Assembly (NCBI GenBank): GCA_028534125.1
Contig: CM052821.1
Coordinates: 56,358,001 to 56,422,000, forward strand
Reading direction: 5' to 3'
Length of the DNA stretch: 64,000 nucleotides
Origin: Lama glama
Lineage: Eukaryota
Below, in pieces: positions 23,618 through 36,165 of the stretch. Position numbers and translations under genes: made by a program. Positions within the stretch are counted from its first letter, which is position 1. Each line of letters begins with the position of its first letter. The notes beneath the pieces were generated by a model, which ran no database searches, was not told the DNA's origin, and saw only the letters and a program-made list of their open reading frames with translations.

Positions 23618-25309
23618 GTGAAGTGGGGAGGCAGGAGGGGCAGCTGGAGCTCTGTGTGCAGGACGGGCCAGCGCTGCCCTGCCAGCCGGGCAGGGGAGGC
23701 AGGGCCGAGCCGGGGCTGCCAGGGGAGGGGGGGGAGGCCCGGCACTGACCCAGACCCGCCCTGCAGGGTCGGAATGGGAACCAGCCCTGCCGACACCTCG
23801 CTGCGGCCGTGCCCGCCCACGGAATCGCGAGACGGCGACCACACACACAGCCTGTGCGTCTGACAGCGCTGAGGCGCAGGGGGCGGCCCGACGGCGGCCT
23901 CCCGCCACCAGCGCCGCCTCCCACAGACGCCGCCGCCTCCTGGCTGCTCCGCAAGCTCATCTCTCCCTTTCTTCACTTGGCAGCGTGTCTGGGGGTTATT
24001 CTCCATCTCATTCTCTCTCACAGCCGCGTAGTATCTCCGTAAATTCTTCACCCCATCTCTACGGACAAACGCAACCCTGCAGAGCCGTGCAGTGCTTTAT
24101 TTTAGTTCCAGCGATGCTGACGGGACAGGCTGGTCGGCCCACTGGTTCCCCCGGCACCCTCGGTCTGGCTGCACATGCGGCTCCCAAGCCCCTCTCCCGG
24201 GGCGGAGGCGGACGAGTTCTCGCCCCGTGGGCCTTTGACACCGCAGGTGACTCCAGGACCCTCCGTCAGGAGTCACACACGTCTCAGCACCACCTTGTCG
24301 GGGACTCGGACTGCTAACCACCGATTTCCAGCCTGGGTCTCTCCCCTCTTTCTCCAACGCCCGGGGGAGGCGGAGGCAGGACCACCCCCGGCTGAGGCAC
24401 CTCTCCGACGCTGGACTCCTGCCCCCCACCCCGCCCTCCGCCCGTCGGCGCCTAGGAAACCCCAGGGACACCGGGACCAGGAGCCCAGGGACGGCGTCTG
24501 CAGGAGCAGCAATTCAATCTCAATCGAGGAAGAAAAACACGCATTTTCTCTCTGTCTCTGCCGATTTGGAAAGTGGAGAAAGTTGATTTCAAGGGGGCCT
24601 TTGGGAAATAAGAGGAAACAGGTTTTGGAACAACTGTGGGGAGGAAGGTGAGCGAGTAATTACAGCCAAGACGACAGCAGTCCTGAGACGGAAGGAGGGT
24701 GCGCGCGGGTGCTGCGGCCGCCCAGGGGCTGTCGGGGGGAGGGGCCCCCCTAGAGGGGCCACAGGTGTCCCAGAGCCCTGAAGGCCGCGAGCACGCACGC
24801 CGTCCTGCCTCTGCCTGTCAGACGTCCCAGCATCCGTGCATGGTGGAGACAAGGCCCCAGGCGGACGCTGGTGACTCCGGGCTCCCCGCGGCAGGTGCTG
24901 GGCTGACTCGGCAGGTTGGGGGGCAGAAAACCCACGTTTCTTACAAGCACCCCGAGATGTGGAGGTGAGGGACCCGAGACCGGGTGGGTCCACCTGGCTC
25001 CATCGCGGGCTGTTCTGGCTGAGAGGGGACTTTCTTTGGTCCCACTGAGCAGACACGAGGAGGGAAGAGGGGGTTCAGACAGACACTGGGGGGAACGTGC
25101 CGCTTCCCCCGCAGACCAGCAGGAGGGGGCTGTCAGGCCCTGCAGCCCCTAGAAGTGACCGATGGGACAAAGCGATGACCAGGACGATGTGGTCCGAGGT
25201 CCAGCCACACTCTCCCCTCTGTTTGGCTGAGACGCCCTGCGTTTGCACGTCAACCAGATGACCACCTCTTTGTCACCGGGGCAGAACGTGTTCTTAAAAC
25301 CACGACGGC

Positions 25310-25815
25310 CGTGCATCAGAGTGACACCGCAGCCCGCTCAGGGCTCCGACGGCCACAGCTGCGACAATCGGAGCAAGAAGATGAACAAGGTCGCGCTGGG
25401 TCGTAACCCTGAATGCAGATAAGTGTCCGTGAGGCAGACAACTTGAGCAAGTAAATGAAGGGGAGAAGCGACAGCAGCCCCATGCGAGAGAATTCCAGTG
25501 GTTTTTGCAGCTGCCCCGCCCTCGGGGAGAAAGCTGATCTCAGCCAGGCGTGCAAGGCCCCCCAGCCGCCCGTCAGGCAGGCTGGCAGGACGTGATGAGA
25601 GGGGCCTCACCTCCGTGGCCCTGAGGCAGAAACCCGTCGCCCTGTCCAACTAGGAGGAAAATGCAGGCTGAGCCCCTCCGCCGGACCTTGTACAAATCAC
25701 CCGCGTGATCCTCCTCAGAAGCCTCACGGTCAGCAAAGACGAGGAAGGTCCGAGCCACTGTCATAGCCACGAGGAGCCCAGGGACACGTGGCGACTGAGC
25801 ATCACGTGGGACAGA
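25310..25815 (+). mobile_element. L1MC3/L1MD-like 3'UTR fragment
   Basis: 'aaatgaaggggagaagcgacagc...agagaattcca' and 'gaaggtccgagccactgtcatagccacgaggagcccagggacacgtggcgact'. Confidence 0.75.
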
Positions 25816-28679
25816 GAGGACGGCTTTTAAAATCAGACTGAAGCGTTGACGTGGGTAAATGTGATTAAGAAGAGAAACATCCCCAAGCCCAGATTTTTCA
25901 CTCCACGTTGCCCCAGAACCAGGGGCTCCTCCTGCTCCCCCTGCTCCCCCTGAGGGTGCGGCCACCGGGGCCGGGCGCCGGGATGTCGGGGATCAGCCGC
26001 GGGCCCTGGACCATCGGGCGCTGGGACCCAAGTCTGCCAGGCGCTGGGCCTCTCCAGGCATCTGCGCGCCACGCCCTGACTCCAGGCTCACCCGCAGGTT
26101 GGCTCCTCCAGCCGTCAGCCCGAATCTCAACATTTGGACATTTCTCCCAGTGAAACTTCCCAGTCCCTCTTTGGTGGATGCTGGCCGCACACCAGTGGCC
26201 CTCACGGTCTGGCCTGTGCCCAGAAGGAACGCAGGAGAAGGTCCCACTCTCCAGGCCCCTGCCCGTCCCCCCGGCGCTGGTCACCCCAGGGCCTCAGGGA
26301 AAACCGCCCCCCGTAGGGTCCCCCGCTGGTCCTCCCTTGAGGACCAGGCCCACGCTGACCCCGCTGCCAGAGGCGGGACGCAGACAGGCGTGTGTCTGCA
26401 GGGCTGGGGGCCAGCCTGGCTCAGGAGGCCTGCGGCCAGCCGAGCATCCCCCCCACCCCGTGGCTGCTGCAAGGCGAGGCCTCCCTGGGAGGAGAACTGT
26501 CACTTCTTTTCCTGAGTGTAGCGTGCGAACCATCGGCCAGAGCACGCGCCTCTCGGCGGGGCCCGTGGGCATGGTCTGCCGCCTCGCAACTGTAGGACGC
26601 CTCTCTCCACCCGGCTTCTGAGTCGCCCAGTGCCGGGGCAGGCAGGGCTTCAGGCTGCTTGACAAGGGTCCCGGGGCACGGGTGGCGGTCGCGGCCTGGA
26701 CTCCCGGGGCAGCTTGAGGGTCCTGTCACGGTCACTCAGTGGTTTTGTGTCCACAAAGTTCTTAGATCAAAGTCTTAAGATACGAGATCCCAGAACACCT
26801 GGGTGGGTGTCAAAGGGGCCTGGACAGGCAGGCCCACCATGGCGTGTGGGGAAGACCCCAGAGGAGGTGACACGGGAGCCCAGCCAGGTGGCCTGAGGGG
26901 CAGCAAGGACACTCCCAGCAGAAGGACAGCTCGAGGAGACGGCCGGTGACAGGACCACGGGGACCCACGGGAGGCGTCGTCCAGGCCTCTGGTCTGCGGG
27001 GACAGAGATGGGGACGGAGACGCCTCGGCGCAGGTGACCAGAGGCTCCAGCCTTTGTTGCAGGGGCGACACAGCTCCCGCAGGGCGGCCGGCGGCCTTCA
27101 CAAACCTCTGCGCCCTCAGTCAGCTCCCCAAGCAGCTTCATGTGCAGGCGGAGACAAGCAGCATTATTCAGGCAGCATGGGCCCCACCCGAGCTGGGGCA
27201 GGAGTGCTGCGGGTGGGACCACGCGTCCTGGTGGGACCGTCCCAGGGCGGCCGCCCAACAGCAGGGCAGCAAGGACGAGGAGGACCCCTGTCCCCCTGGA
27301 GAGCTCCTGCGGCTGCAGCCCCAAGGCCCAGGCCCTGAGGACCCCAGGGAGGCCACATGCGGAAGGCCCTGCGGCCCCCGGAGGGGTGGGCGTCTCCCGT
27401 CAGACCTAGAGGCTGGCCTCGTGGTGGACACGGGGCCCCTCACACACTCCCCCAGGGGCATTTGCAAGGAATTTCCGTGCTTCATCAGCTTCTCTGTTAC
27501 TTCTGTGAATTCTGCAAGTGTTTAGTTAATTGATTAATTGTAAAAGGAACATTTAGCCAGGGAGTTGCAGGCCCTAAGAGGAGGGCCGGCGAACGCCCGC
27601 CCCAGGAGGCCCTGCAGGGAGGAGGGACACCCTGGGAGTGGTGCCGCCCCGGACTGGCGGGGGGTCCTTGCGGAGGGGCCCGGACAGGCCAGCGTGGCCC
27701 TGCCTCCCTTGGGGGGGTGGGGGGCCGTCGGCTGCCCCAGCCCAGCCCCTCCCTGCCCTCCAGACACCAGGCCTCGCCCGGAGCTGCAGGACATTAAAGT
27801 TTCAGGCCTCCTGGTGCACCTGGAGCCGTCTACTCTATTTTTAATGCCTTCAGTCATCAAACCTGCCGAAGCCGACGTGCCCACAGCGAGACGTCTCCGT
27901 CTCCGAGCAATGTGTCATTTTTTCCTGTTAATTTCACAGCAATGGCGAGGGGACAGGAATTGGCCAAACTAAATGAACTTGCAAGTGCCTCGCTCTTTAT
28001 GTCGGAGAGGAGGGGCGGACTCGGGGCATTTTGCCGAGGCAGCTCCCCCTCATGGGTCTCCTGCTGGGGGTTAAGGACTGAGCGTTTAACCCAGGCCTGT
28101 GTGGGGCTGTCCCCGGCTGGGAATCCGGTCGGACGAGGCACCTTGGCTCCCTGGATGTGGCCCCCGCTGCTCGGGCACAGAGGCCAGCCTGCCCAGGAAC
28201 TTTATGGGCCAACGTGACCCCCGGATGTGGTGCCGGCCCCCTGGAGCCACACAGGAGGCTCCGAGAAGGTGGGGAGGACAAGGGGTGGCTGCCAGCAGAG
28301 CCCCTCTGTGTCCGGGGAGACCTGAATTCGGAGCAGAACCAAAGAAACCAGCCGACGTGGCCCGGGCCTCCCGGACTCCTCCCCGGAGAGGAAGCCCGTG
28401 AACCCACGATGGGACGCGGGGCTGGCAGCCTCCCCCAGGGCCTCCCCCGCACCCTCCTCCTGAGCTGCCGCAGCGTGAGCTGCACCGGGCTCCCCAGGAT
28501 GGGCAGGCGGGGCCCTGGGGAGTCTGGGACAGCCGTGTTTCCGGGGAGAGTCTGATGTGGGAGGACAGTGCCAGGGCAGACGGGGGTCCAAGTGGGGTCC
28601 TGGTGAGGGATCTCCAGAGAAACGAGCCAAACCTGAGCCTTTAAATGATCTGCCTGCTTCCTTTTCACTTAAACTAATA

Positions 28680-29936
28680 ATGACCCCTGAAGAAAAGCTA
28701 GAAACTGCAGGTAAGAAAAAACAAGCCCGAACGTGACCCCTGACTTGAGAAGGGTCAACCCCGTGGGGACCCGTCCCATCTGCTGACCCTCACCTCCGCC
28801 TCACAAAGTGGCCGAGCCCCGGCCCAGGGCCCCCTCCCCGCCGGACACGGGCAGGAGAGGCCGCGTCCTCCGCCTTCGGGGCCCCGCCCGGTCGGCCACC
28901 CCTGCGCAGGCAGCCTCATGGCCCCGGGGTCCTCTGGGTCACCCGCACCCATTTTTCCTGAGCGTTGGGCCTCTGAGCCGCCTGGACTTTCCAGGGATCC
29001 TCACGCACCCCCGCAAACCCTCAGCTCGGGTGCGGGTCCCCCGGAGGGGCCCTCGAGGCCCAGGCCCACAGTCCTGGGATGTGGCCCATAAATGGGGGGG
29101 AAGTTCTGATGAGAACAGGGCAGGAGAACCACCCCAGGGCCGGGCGGGCAGGAGGGGAGGGATCCCGTGCGCACACTTGACACAAACACCGGAAGTCACA
29201 GGGTCTCGTGACAAACTGCGAAACTCAGTACACGACCCATCACCCACTTGGACAAACAGCACAATTCAAAAGCGTGGACAGTCGTGGTTGCTAAGTGGGG
29301 CCGAGCCTGTGAAACACCGGGGAGAGCGCCCGTCCCCATCACGGCCGCCGCGTGTCCGCCGGCGGGGCCAGGGCGCTTCTCTGAGCCACAAAATGAAACG
29401 TGCACGAGTCACACATTCAGTCTCCTTCACTGTGTTTCAGCAAAATCACTAGATTTTAATCAACATTCATCTACTTTGTGTTCGACTAAAAATCATGAAT
29501 TAAAGGTTTAAGTAATAAAATGTGCTTGTGTTAGAAGCACACACATTGTGGACACATTTTCATAAAAATGCCAGCGAAACTTAAGAGATAAAACTAAAAG
29601 CATGTTCTGTGTCTTTCAAAGAAGTTACTTCATTCCAAAACATCAAGGATTACACATTAAAATTAAAGAGCAAAAGGTAAGTCCTAACTAATGAATGTTG
29701 TGGAAAACCACTGAAACAACAAGGGCGTCTTTGTCGAAGAAAACCTCAGGGGATTTAAAAATGCAAACGTGCTGCCGTAAAGTCTAAACTTTTATAACAT
29801 TTTTTTGTTGGGTGTTTACAGTCCTCCCGTTGCCGTTCACTTAATCTCACAAAAACCTGAGCACCTAAATTAAAATGATCTCAATACGAATGAATCTGGT
29901 TTTACTTGTTTTAAAATTGAATTAACTGGTATTAAA
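28680..29936 (+). other. Candidate three-exon small gene or lncRNA 3' end (exons 28680-28710, 29622-29676, 29822-29873, then ATTAAA)
   Basis: Donors CAG|GTAAGA and AAG|GTAAGT, acceptors ctttcaaAG and gtttacAG. The spliced frame stays open (45 aa) and is followed by ATTAAA at 29931. No homologue recognised. Confidence 0.25.
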
Positions 29937-30009
29937 GTGTCATAGAAACTGATCCTATTTGTCAGTCGAATGTTCTTGTCCAACTAGTTGTCAAAACACC
30001 GTCACTGCC

Positions 30010-30328
30010 AGGCGGTGGTCATGGGGGCCTGGGAGGGAGGCACGAGGTGTCGGTCAAGGGGCCGAGTTCCGGCTGCGAGACGTCAGCCGGGGGTCTGCTG
30101 GCAGCGTGGGCCCGGGGTTCACCCGGAGCGCTGTGTGCGTGAAGCCTGCCCGCAGGGTCGATCCCACAAGTCCCCGGGACGAACGAGGTCGCCCGTGAGG
30201 TGGTGGAGACGTTCCTCAGCTCGGTCGTGGCGATGGTTTCACAACGCGCACGTGCACCAAGCCGCCAAGCTGTAGACCTCACATACGTCCACTCTCTAAT
30301 TGGCAGTTTCACGTCAGTAAAGATGGCA
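30010..30328 (+). mobile_element. L1MA9-like 3' end, extremely GC-shifted
   Basis: 'gtgaggtggtggagacgttcctcagctcggtcgtggcgatggtttcacaacg' aligns to the L1MA9 3'UTR; the polyA signal has decayed to agtaaa (30316-30321). Confidence 0.85.
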
Positions 30329-33300
30329 GATGCACGTTCCGTCTAGACCTACGAGGTGCTCATGACCTCAGCCACGCTGGGCGCCCGTGTCCCTCCAGAC
30401 CAGGTCTGGCCGGCGCAGGAGCTCAGAGCGGGGAGAGACGCCTTCCCTGGGGGAGACACCGTGCTCCCCCGACCTGGGCAGCAGCTCAGCATCGACCTCC
30501 AGGCACAAAGCATCGGAGGGGCAGGAGGCAGGAGCATCCAACCTGTGGCTGGGGCCACGTGGTCAGGGCTGGAGTCTTGGGTGTGAGGAGCAGACACAGG
30601 TCGGGGCCAGGCCCCCCCCCACCCCACCCTGAGGAGGGGACGCTGAGCTACATCCCTGGGGAGGGGTCAGTTTTTGGGCCAGAGCTTCCCCGCATGGCGG
30701 GCAGGCGGGGCTGGTTCCCAGCAGGTGGGCAGGGGGGTCCTGGGCCGGGGGGTCCTGGGCCATGCGGCCCATCCTCCTGGGCGGCAGGACTTGCTCTGAG
30801 CTCCGGGTGCTCCGTGGGAGTCTCCATCACAGAAACGCTGGCAGAGAGCAGGAAACGGCCGAAGGACACCGGGGACCCTTCGCTCCGGAGGGCGGCCTCT
30901 GAAAGTCAGCCCCGGGCCCCCAGATGGCCCCTGGGACAGCGCGCAGCCCCCACCCCCCCGCGTGTGCGTGCAGGGCTGCCTGGGGTCTCGGGCCATCAGC
31001 ACAACACGCTCCAGAGAGCGGCCTCGGCCGGCCTTCCCCTCTCCTCTTCCTGTGACCCCCACAGCCCCAGCGAGCCCCTGGCATCACCACCCCATCCTGC
31101 CCACACCCCATCTGGTAGGGTCCGCACCTCCCCTTCCCTGAGGGACGGTGAGGTGGCCCCGCCCCCTCCAGGGCAGCCGAGTGTCCAGCAGGGATTCCCG
31201 CAGCGTCTCCAGAGGCAACAAGGGGCCAAAAGGAGCAGGGGCCTCGTGAGGCGGGGAGCCCCAGGACCCCGGCTGGAACGCACCCCCAGCCCCTCCAGCA
31301 GGCAGAAGCTCCTGGAACATCTCTGACTCAGGTGGTGAGGGAACGGGCGTTTCCCCCAAGACCAATGAGCCATGTGGTGGGGGGGTAGCCTCAGCTGTGG
31401 GGGGCAGACAGGAGCCTAGTCCTGGAGGTGAGGCTGCCCTGAGGGCCAGAGACGCAGCGGCTACTGATTGACCCCAGAGCAGCCTTTCCTCTGCAAACAG
31501 CCATGTGACATCAGAAAATGCCAGATGGACACGGGGTTTCCTGGACCCCCCACAAATTCACCCCGGACAGAGCACAGGGCACCGGGGCAGGGAGCAAACA
31601 GCACCTTCACGTAGGGTCCCCACAGTGGTCAGCCATTCCTGCGGAGGGCAGTCTGCACTGCCGGGTGAGTCGGCGGGAGGTGGTCCACCCCCGGGGGGGA
31701 GGACCCGAATCCCACGGCCCCCTCCGGCCCCTCCCACGGCCACCCCTGTGCTGACTTCTGCTGCCACCGGGCAGGTGGGGATCTGGGCCCCCGAGGAGCA
31801 AGCCTCATGACCCAGGTCACTCAGAGGGCAAAGTGACAGCTGTGCAGGCGGTCCAGCTGTGGGGCTCTGGACCCCTCAGCCGAGGCACTGCTGAGGTCAC
31901 GCCGGCTCGTTCCCTGAGTCCTCCACATCCCCTGCATCCACATCTGTACCCCACAGAGCATCATCACCTGTCACCCCACATGGGGGCTGGGGCAGGGGTC
32001 TCGGGAAGGCCTGTGGCAGGACAAGGACGGGGCCTGGGGCCCAGCTGCCCCTGTGAGTAAGGCCTGCGGGGCCCAGCGACACAGGTCGGGGACAGGGCGG
32101 GAGGGGACGGAGGGACGCTCGGGGGCTGGGTCCCAGGTGTCACCCTTTGTGGCGGCGCTGAGCAGGGCTTCTCGGGGCAGCAGCTGGAGGTCTGGGAGCC
32201 CCCAGCAGTCCAGCAGGTGGCCAGCTGTGCGGGGGGCGCCCTTCTCGGCCTCAGGGCAGGTCTTCGTCCTCTTCCCTGGCAGATGAGCTGGCCTCTCTTG
32301 CTTGGTCACCGGTAAGAGGACAGCTTCTTTCTCTGGTCTGTTTGACAGCGAAGCGAGGATGCTCAGAGGAGCCCACCCCGCTCCTGGGGCCCACAGAGCT
32401 TATTTTAAGAATCATGCCGCTCCGAGCTCTTTGCCCCAACAGAGGAGCAGACCACAGACCGGCTCACGGGGTCTCGCAGACCCAGCGCCCTGGGGAGGAA
32501 GGCTGGCTCGGCACAGGGAGCTCGCTGGAGTTAGCGACGCCTCCCCACGGAGAGGTCTGCTCCAGGGAGGAAATGCGGGGAACGAAGAGTGACTTCCTGC
32601 AGATTGGATACCGGAGAGACGGGCCAGGAGGGGCTTCGCCTGCCCCGCAGCAGGGTGGCTGCCTCAGCAGAGCTGCCCGCGTGGGGTGTCTGGGCATGCA
32701 GAGAGATGAAGGGGGGTCCTCGATGCCGAGGCAAGGGCCTCCAGGGGCGCAGAGGTCCCGGGAGGGAAGGAGGCCTTCTGCAGACAATCGGGAAGGAATC
32801 AGGCTGGACACACAAGCAATTAATTCCCACCAGGCTTGGGAGACAAGGAAGGGCGTCACAGTTTCATTGGGGAAGAAAGCGAGGAAGGAGTGGCTGGATG
32901 TGCAGCGGGGATGGGGGCCGGCGGGCGGGGAGGGGCTGTGAGCGTGGACGGCGCGGTGGGGGGGCGGAGCCCCACAGGGAGGACCGCCCAGACCGGCGGG
33001 GGGACTGCGGAAGGCTGGGTCTCTGAGCTCAGGGCCCCATCCAAGGAGGCACTCTGGGGCCCCAGGCGGTCACCCACTCCATGGTAGGCCACCGCGATTT
33101 GCCCTCTGGGCCAGGAACCGGGGAGCGGTGGGAGAGGAAGGGGTGGGGGCTCTGCCTGCCAGGCCGCTCGGGTCTCGTGGCTGCAGGTGGCCCAGGAGGG
33201 TCGGCTGGGACACAAGGGTGGGCCCGGGCTTCCCAGTGGGGCAGGGGAGGGACACAAGGCCCCTCGCAGCCTCCCAGCTGGCCGGTCCCCAGAGAGTGAG

Positions 33301-33714
33301 CTTGCATCCCCGAGGGGCCTTAGCTGCATTTCCAGAGGCTCCTCACTCCCTGGGCCCCCGACCCCCACGGAGCCCCGGTCTCGGCACCTCCGGCAGCTCC
33401 CAGTCTGTGAATCAGAGCAGCTCCTCCAGCCACAGCATCCGTGGCAAAGCCCGGGGAGAACTGGCCAACAGTGCCCCCCGGTGGCCGCCGTCGCCTCCGC
33501 CGCCACCAGCAGCCTTCTGGGGTCCGCCTGGGAGGGACACTGGGCGGTGGATGCCGTCCGTCCCGGTCAGGCCTGTGTGAGCTGCGGAGGCTGGTTGTCT
33601 AGGTGAGTGTCTGTGTGTCCGCTGTCAGTCCCACGGGCCCTGCCGCTGCAGCTCCGGGGCTGCCTCTGTGTCTCGGCCAGCAGGAGGCCCCGCTGCCCTG
33701 GGGCCCTGCCAGCC

Positions 33715-33830
33715 TGGCCAGACAGATGGGTTTAGGGAGGGCTTCCTGGAGGAGGTGACACCGCCCTGCTGAGGTTGCAGAGTGAAGACAGAATTGGCCA
33801 AAGCAGAGATGTGAGCTTGGGGCACACGGG
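33715..33830 (-). mobile_element. L2 fragment
   Basis: 'agggagggcttcctggaggaggtgaca' is a diagnostic L2 motif. Confidence 0.65.
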
Positions 33831-34029
33831 GGCCTATATAGAGAGGAATGGGGGTTGGTGGGCGATGAGGGGGCGAGGGCTGGGAGTGAGACGGGGCAGA
33901 GTGTGGGAAGGGCCGGACCCCGGAGTGGGGGCGGCTCGGCTGCGTCCTCAGCCTTGTGCAGCCCTCGGGTGTACCCACCCGCCATGTTGCACACCCTGAA
34001 TGCCAACAAAGCTGCGGGTCAATCGTGTC

Positions 34030-34262
34030 TCAGTAAACCTGGGGAGAAGCCTCTCCGCGCAGCACAGTGAGGAGCAGGCGGAACACAGGTGACCTGGCGT
34101 TCGGCTGGTGGTGAGGGGCGCACGGCCGTTTCTCGCTGTTGTGGGGGACGTGAGATGCTGGCATCCGGGAAACCTAGGGGAAGGGGTGCAGGGACTGCCG
34201 GTGCCCTTCTGGTTAATTTTCTCCAAATCTCAACTATTCTAAAATACAGAAAGTCATTTTTT
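34030..34262 (+). mobile_element. Ancient L1 (L1MC/L1ME) 3' terminus
   Basis: 'ggaaggggtgcagggactgccggtgcccttctggttaattttctccaaatctcaactattctaaaatacagaaagt'. Confidence 0.65.
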
Positions 34263-36094
34263 AATCCACCTGCTCTCTGACCCCATCTCCCAAAACAGTC
34301 TCTACGGACACCCGAGGATTCGCCGGAGGCTTTAGCGCTGTGGCGTTTGGGCTCAGAGACGATTCTGATTCCCAGGCCAGGAGGTGCCCTGGCTCACAAA
34401 GCCTCAGACAGAAACAGTGACCCTGCCCCAGGAGGCCCCGGGGGCCCGGTGCCGGTGCCACACCCAGGCTTCCTGCGAAACCGTGGAAGCCACCTCACCG
34501 CCAAGAGATGGTTCCCCAGCACTTGTCCCGGCGCGTGTTCACTGACGTTGTCGCCTCTCTGGGTGAAAAGCTGCTCTTCGGGACGGATTCCCAACGAAGC
34601 AACTGACCACACCTGACTTGTTCAGGCTCGCTGGGACTTGGAGCAGTGACAGCACAGCGTGCGCTCCCGGCCCACGTTCACTTCACAAGGTGTCGGATGA
34701 CTTGCTGGTGACTCGGTGGGCGCAGACCAGGCCGAGGGAGCCTGACTCTGAGTGGCCTTGGAGGGCCAGCCCCTGGCCCAGAGCTGCCCCCCTCGGCCAT
34801 GGCGTCAGCTGTGTGGACGACGGCACGCCCGCCACCCAGGTGATAAATCCCCGAGGGGAGGGCGTGGCTGCGAGCGGAGGCGCAGAGACGGCCCAGAGAC
34901 TGCTCACCCGGAAGGGCCGAAAGTCCCGGCCCCGTGCAAGGCCGCGTGTCCATGGCTTCGTCCCGGGAGGCCAGGAGGAGACTTCAGGTCAGAGGTGGGT
35001 GTGGCCAGCATGGTGGCCCCGGCTGCCACCGAACTCACGTCGGCCCCCGTGACACTCACCGATGGCATCACGCGGCTGGGGTGGGGTCAGCCAGGCCTCC
35101 CCTCCACTCAGTCGCTGGGCAAGCTTGGAGCTCTCTGGACAGGAAGTGACCCGGTCACCATGTTAGGGGCCCTCCACCTGGGAGGGGGCCCTGGAACACA
35201 TCAGAGCGTCTCCCTGCTCCAGGAAGCGGGCTGAGCTGGTTGGGTGAGGCCCTGAGGGCTGGCCGCACAGTTCGGGGTTCGGTGCAGAAGGACCCGCCCC
35301 GCGTAGGAGCGAACGCCCTCCTCCCCTCCCCGTTCCTGCCCCGGCTGTGTCTCCACCCTGGGGAAGGGGACAGGATTTTGCTCACGTCACAGGAGAGTTA
35401 AGCATCCCCCCGGGTCCCAGGAGCAGTGAGTTCAGCCCGGGTCCCGGCCCCCACCCCGGGGTGGCTGCCCCACACCCACGCTCAGCCGCTGGGGGGTGGG
35501 GTCGGGATGCTGGGCTTTGTCCCAGATGGCATGTTTTGCTCCCGATGACGTTGGCTGCGAGGAGTCTGGCCTGCCCGTGGGGCCCTTTTCCTAACAGGGC
35601 TGGCCCTTTCTGTCCACATCCTGTGAACCACCCCTGTCTGTGGCCCCTTGGGGGCCCAGGACTGCAGAGATGGGAGAGCCTGGTGCTCCAAAAGGACAGG
35701 CTTTGCGAGATGTGGGCAGACTTGCTCCCTCTTCAGCTGGCCGGTCCGTCCCCGCCTGGGCCACCGGCACCCCCTCCATGCGTGTCTGGCTCCGTTCCCC
35801 CCTCCCCCACAGCCCAGGGTCCCAGGAAAGTGACGTTTTTCTTCCTTTATCACTCCTGAGTGCGCACCTTCCCTCAGCCACGTGCTGCCCCCCGAGGCCT
35901 GCCCCCCGTTTCTCTTTGTCTGCTCAGTGTCCCCAGAGCCCCTCTCCGCCTGCTCCAGGTCAGACTGGGATCCCCCAGACTCAGACCCCTCCCAGCACTG
36001 TCCACAGCTCTGAAATGCCGCTCGGGGCTCCGGGGCCAGGCCCCTCGACCCCAGGGCCTGCTGAGAGGAGGTGATTCATGGTGTGATCTGCCGA

Positions 36095-36165
36095 AAGCAT
36101 TCACTCACCCTGTGACCATCTCCCAGCTTGGGCAGGACGCAGCGCATTTAATAAATGTTTAATAG
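36095..36165 (+). mobile_element. L2 3' terminus
   Basis: 'cagcgcatttaataaatgtttaat' resembles the L2 tail 'gcgctcaataaatatttgttgaat'. Confidence 0.5.
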
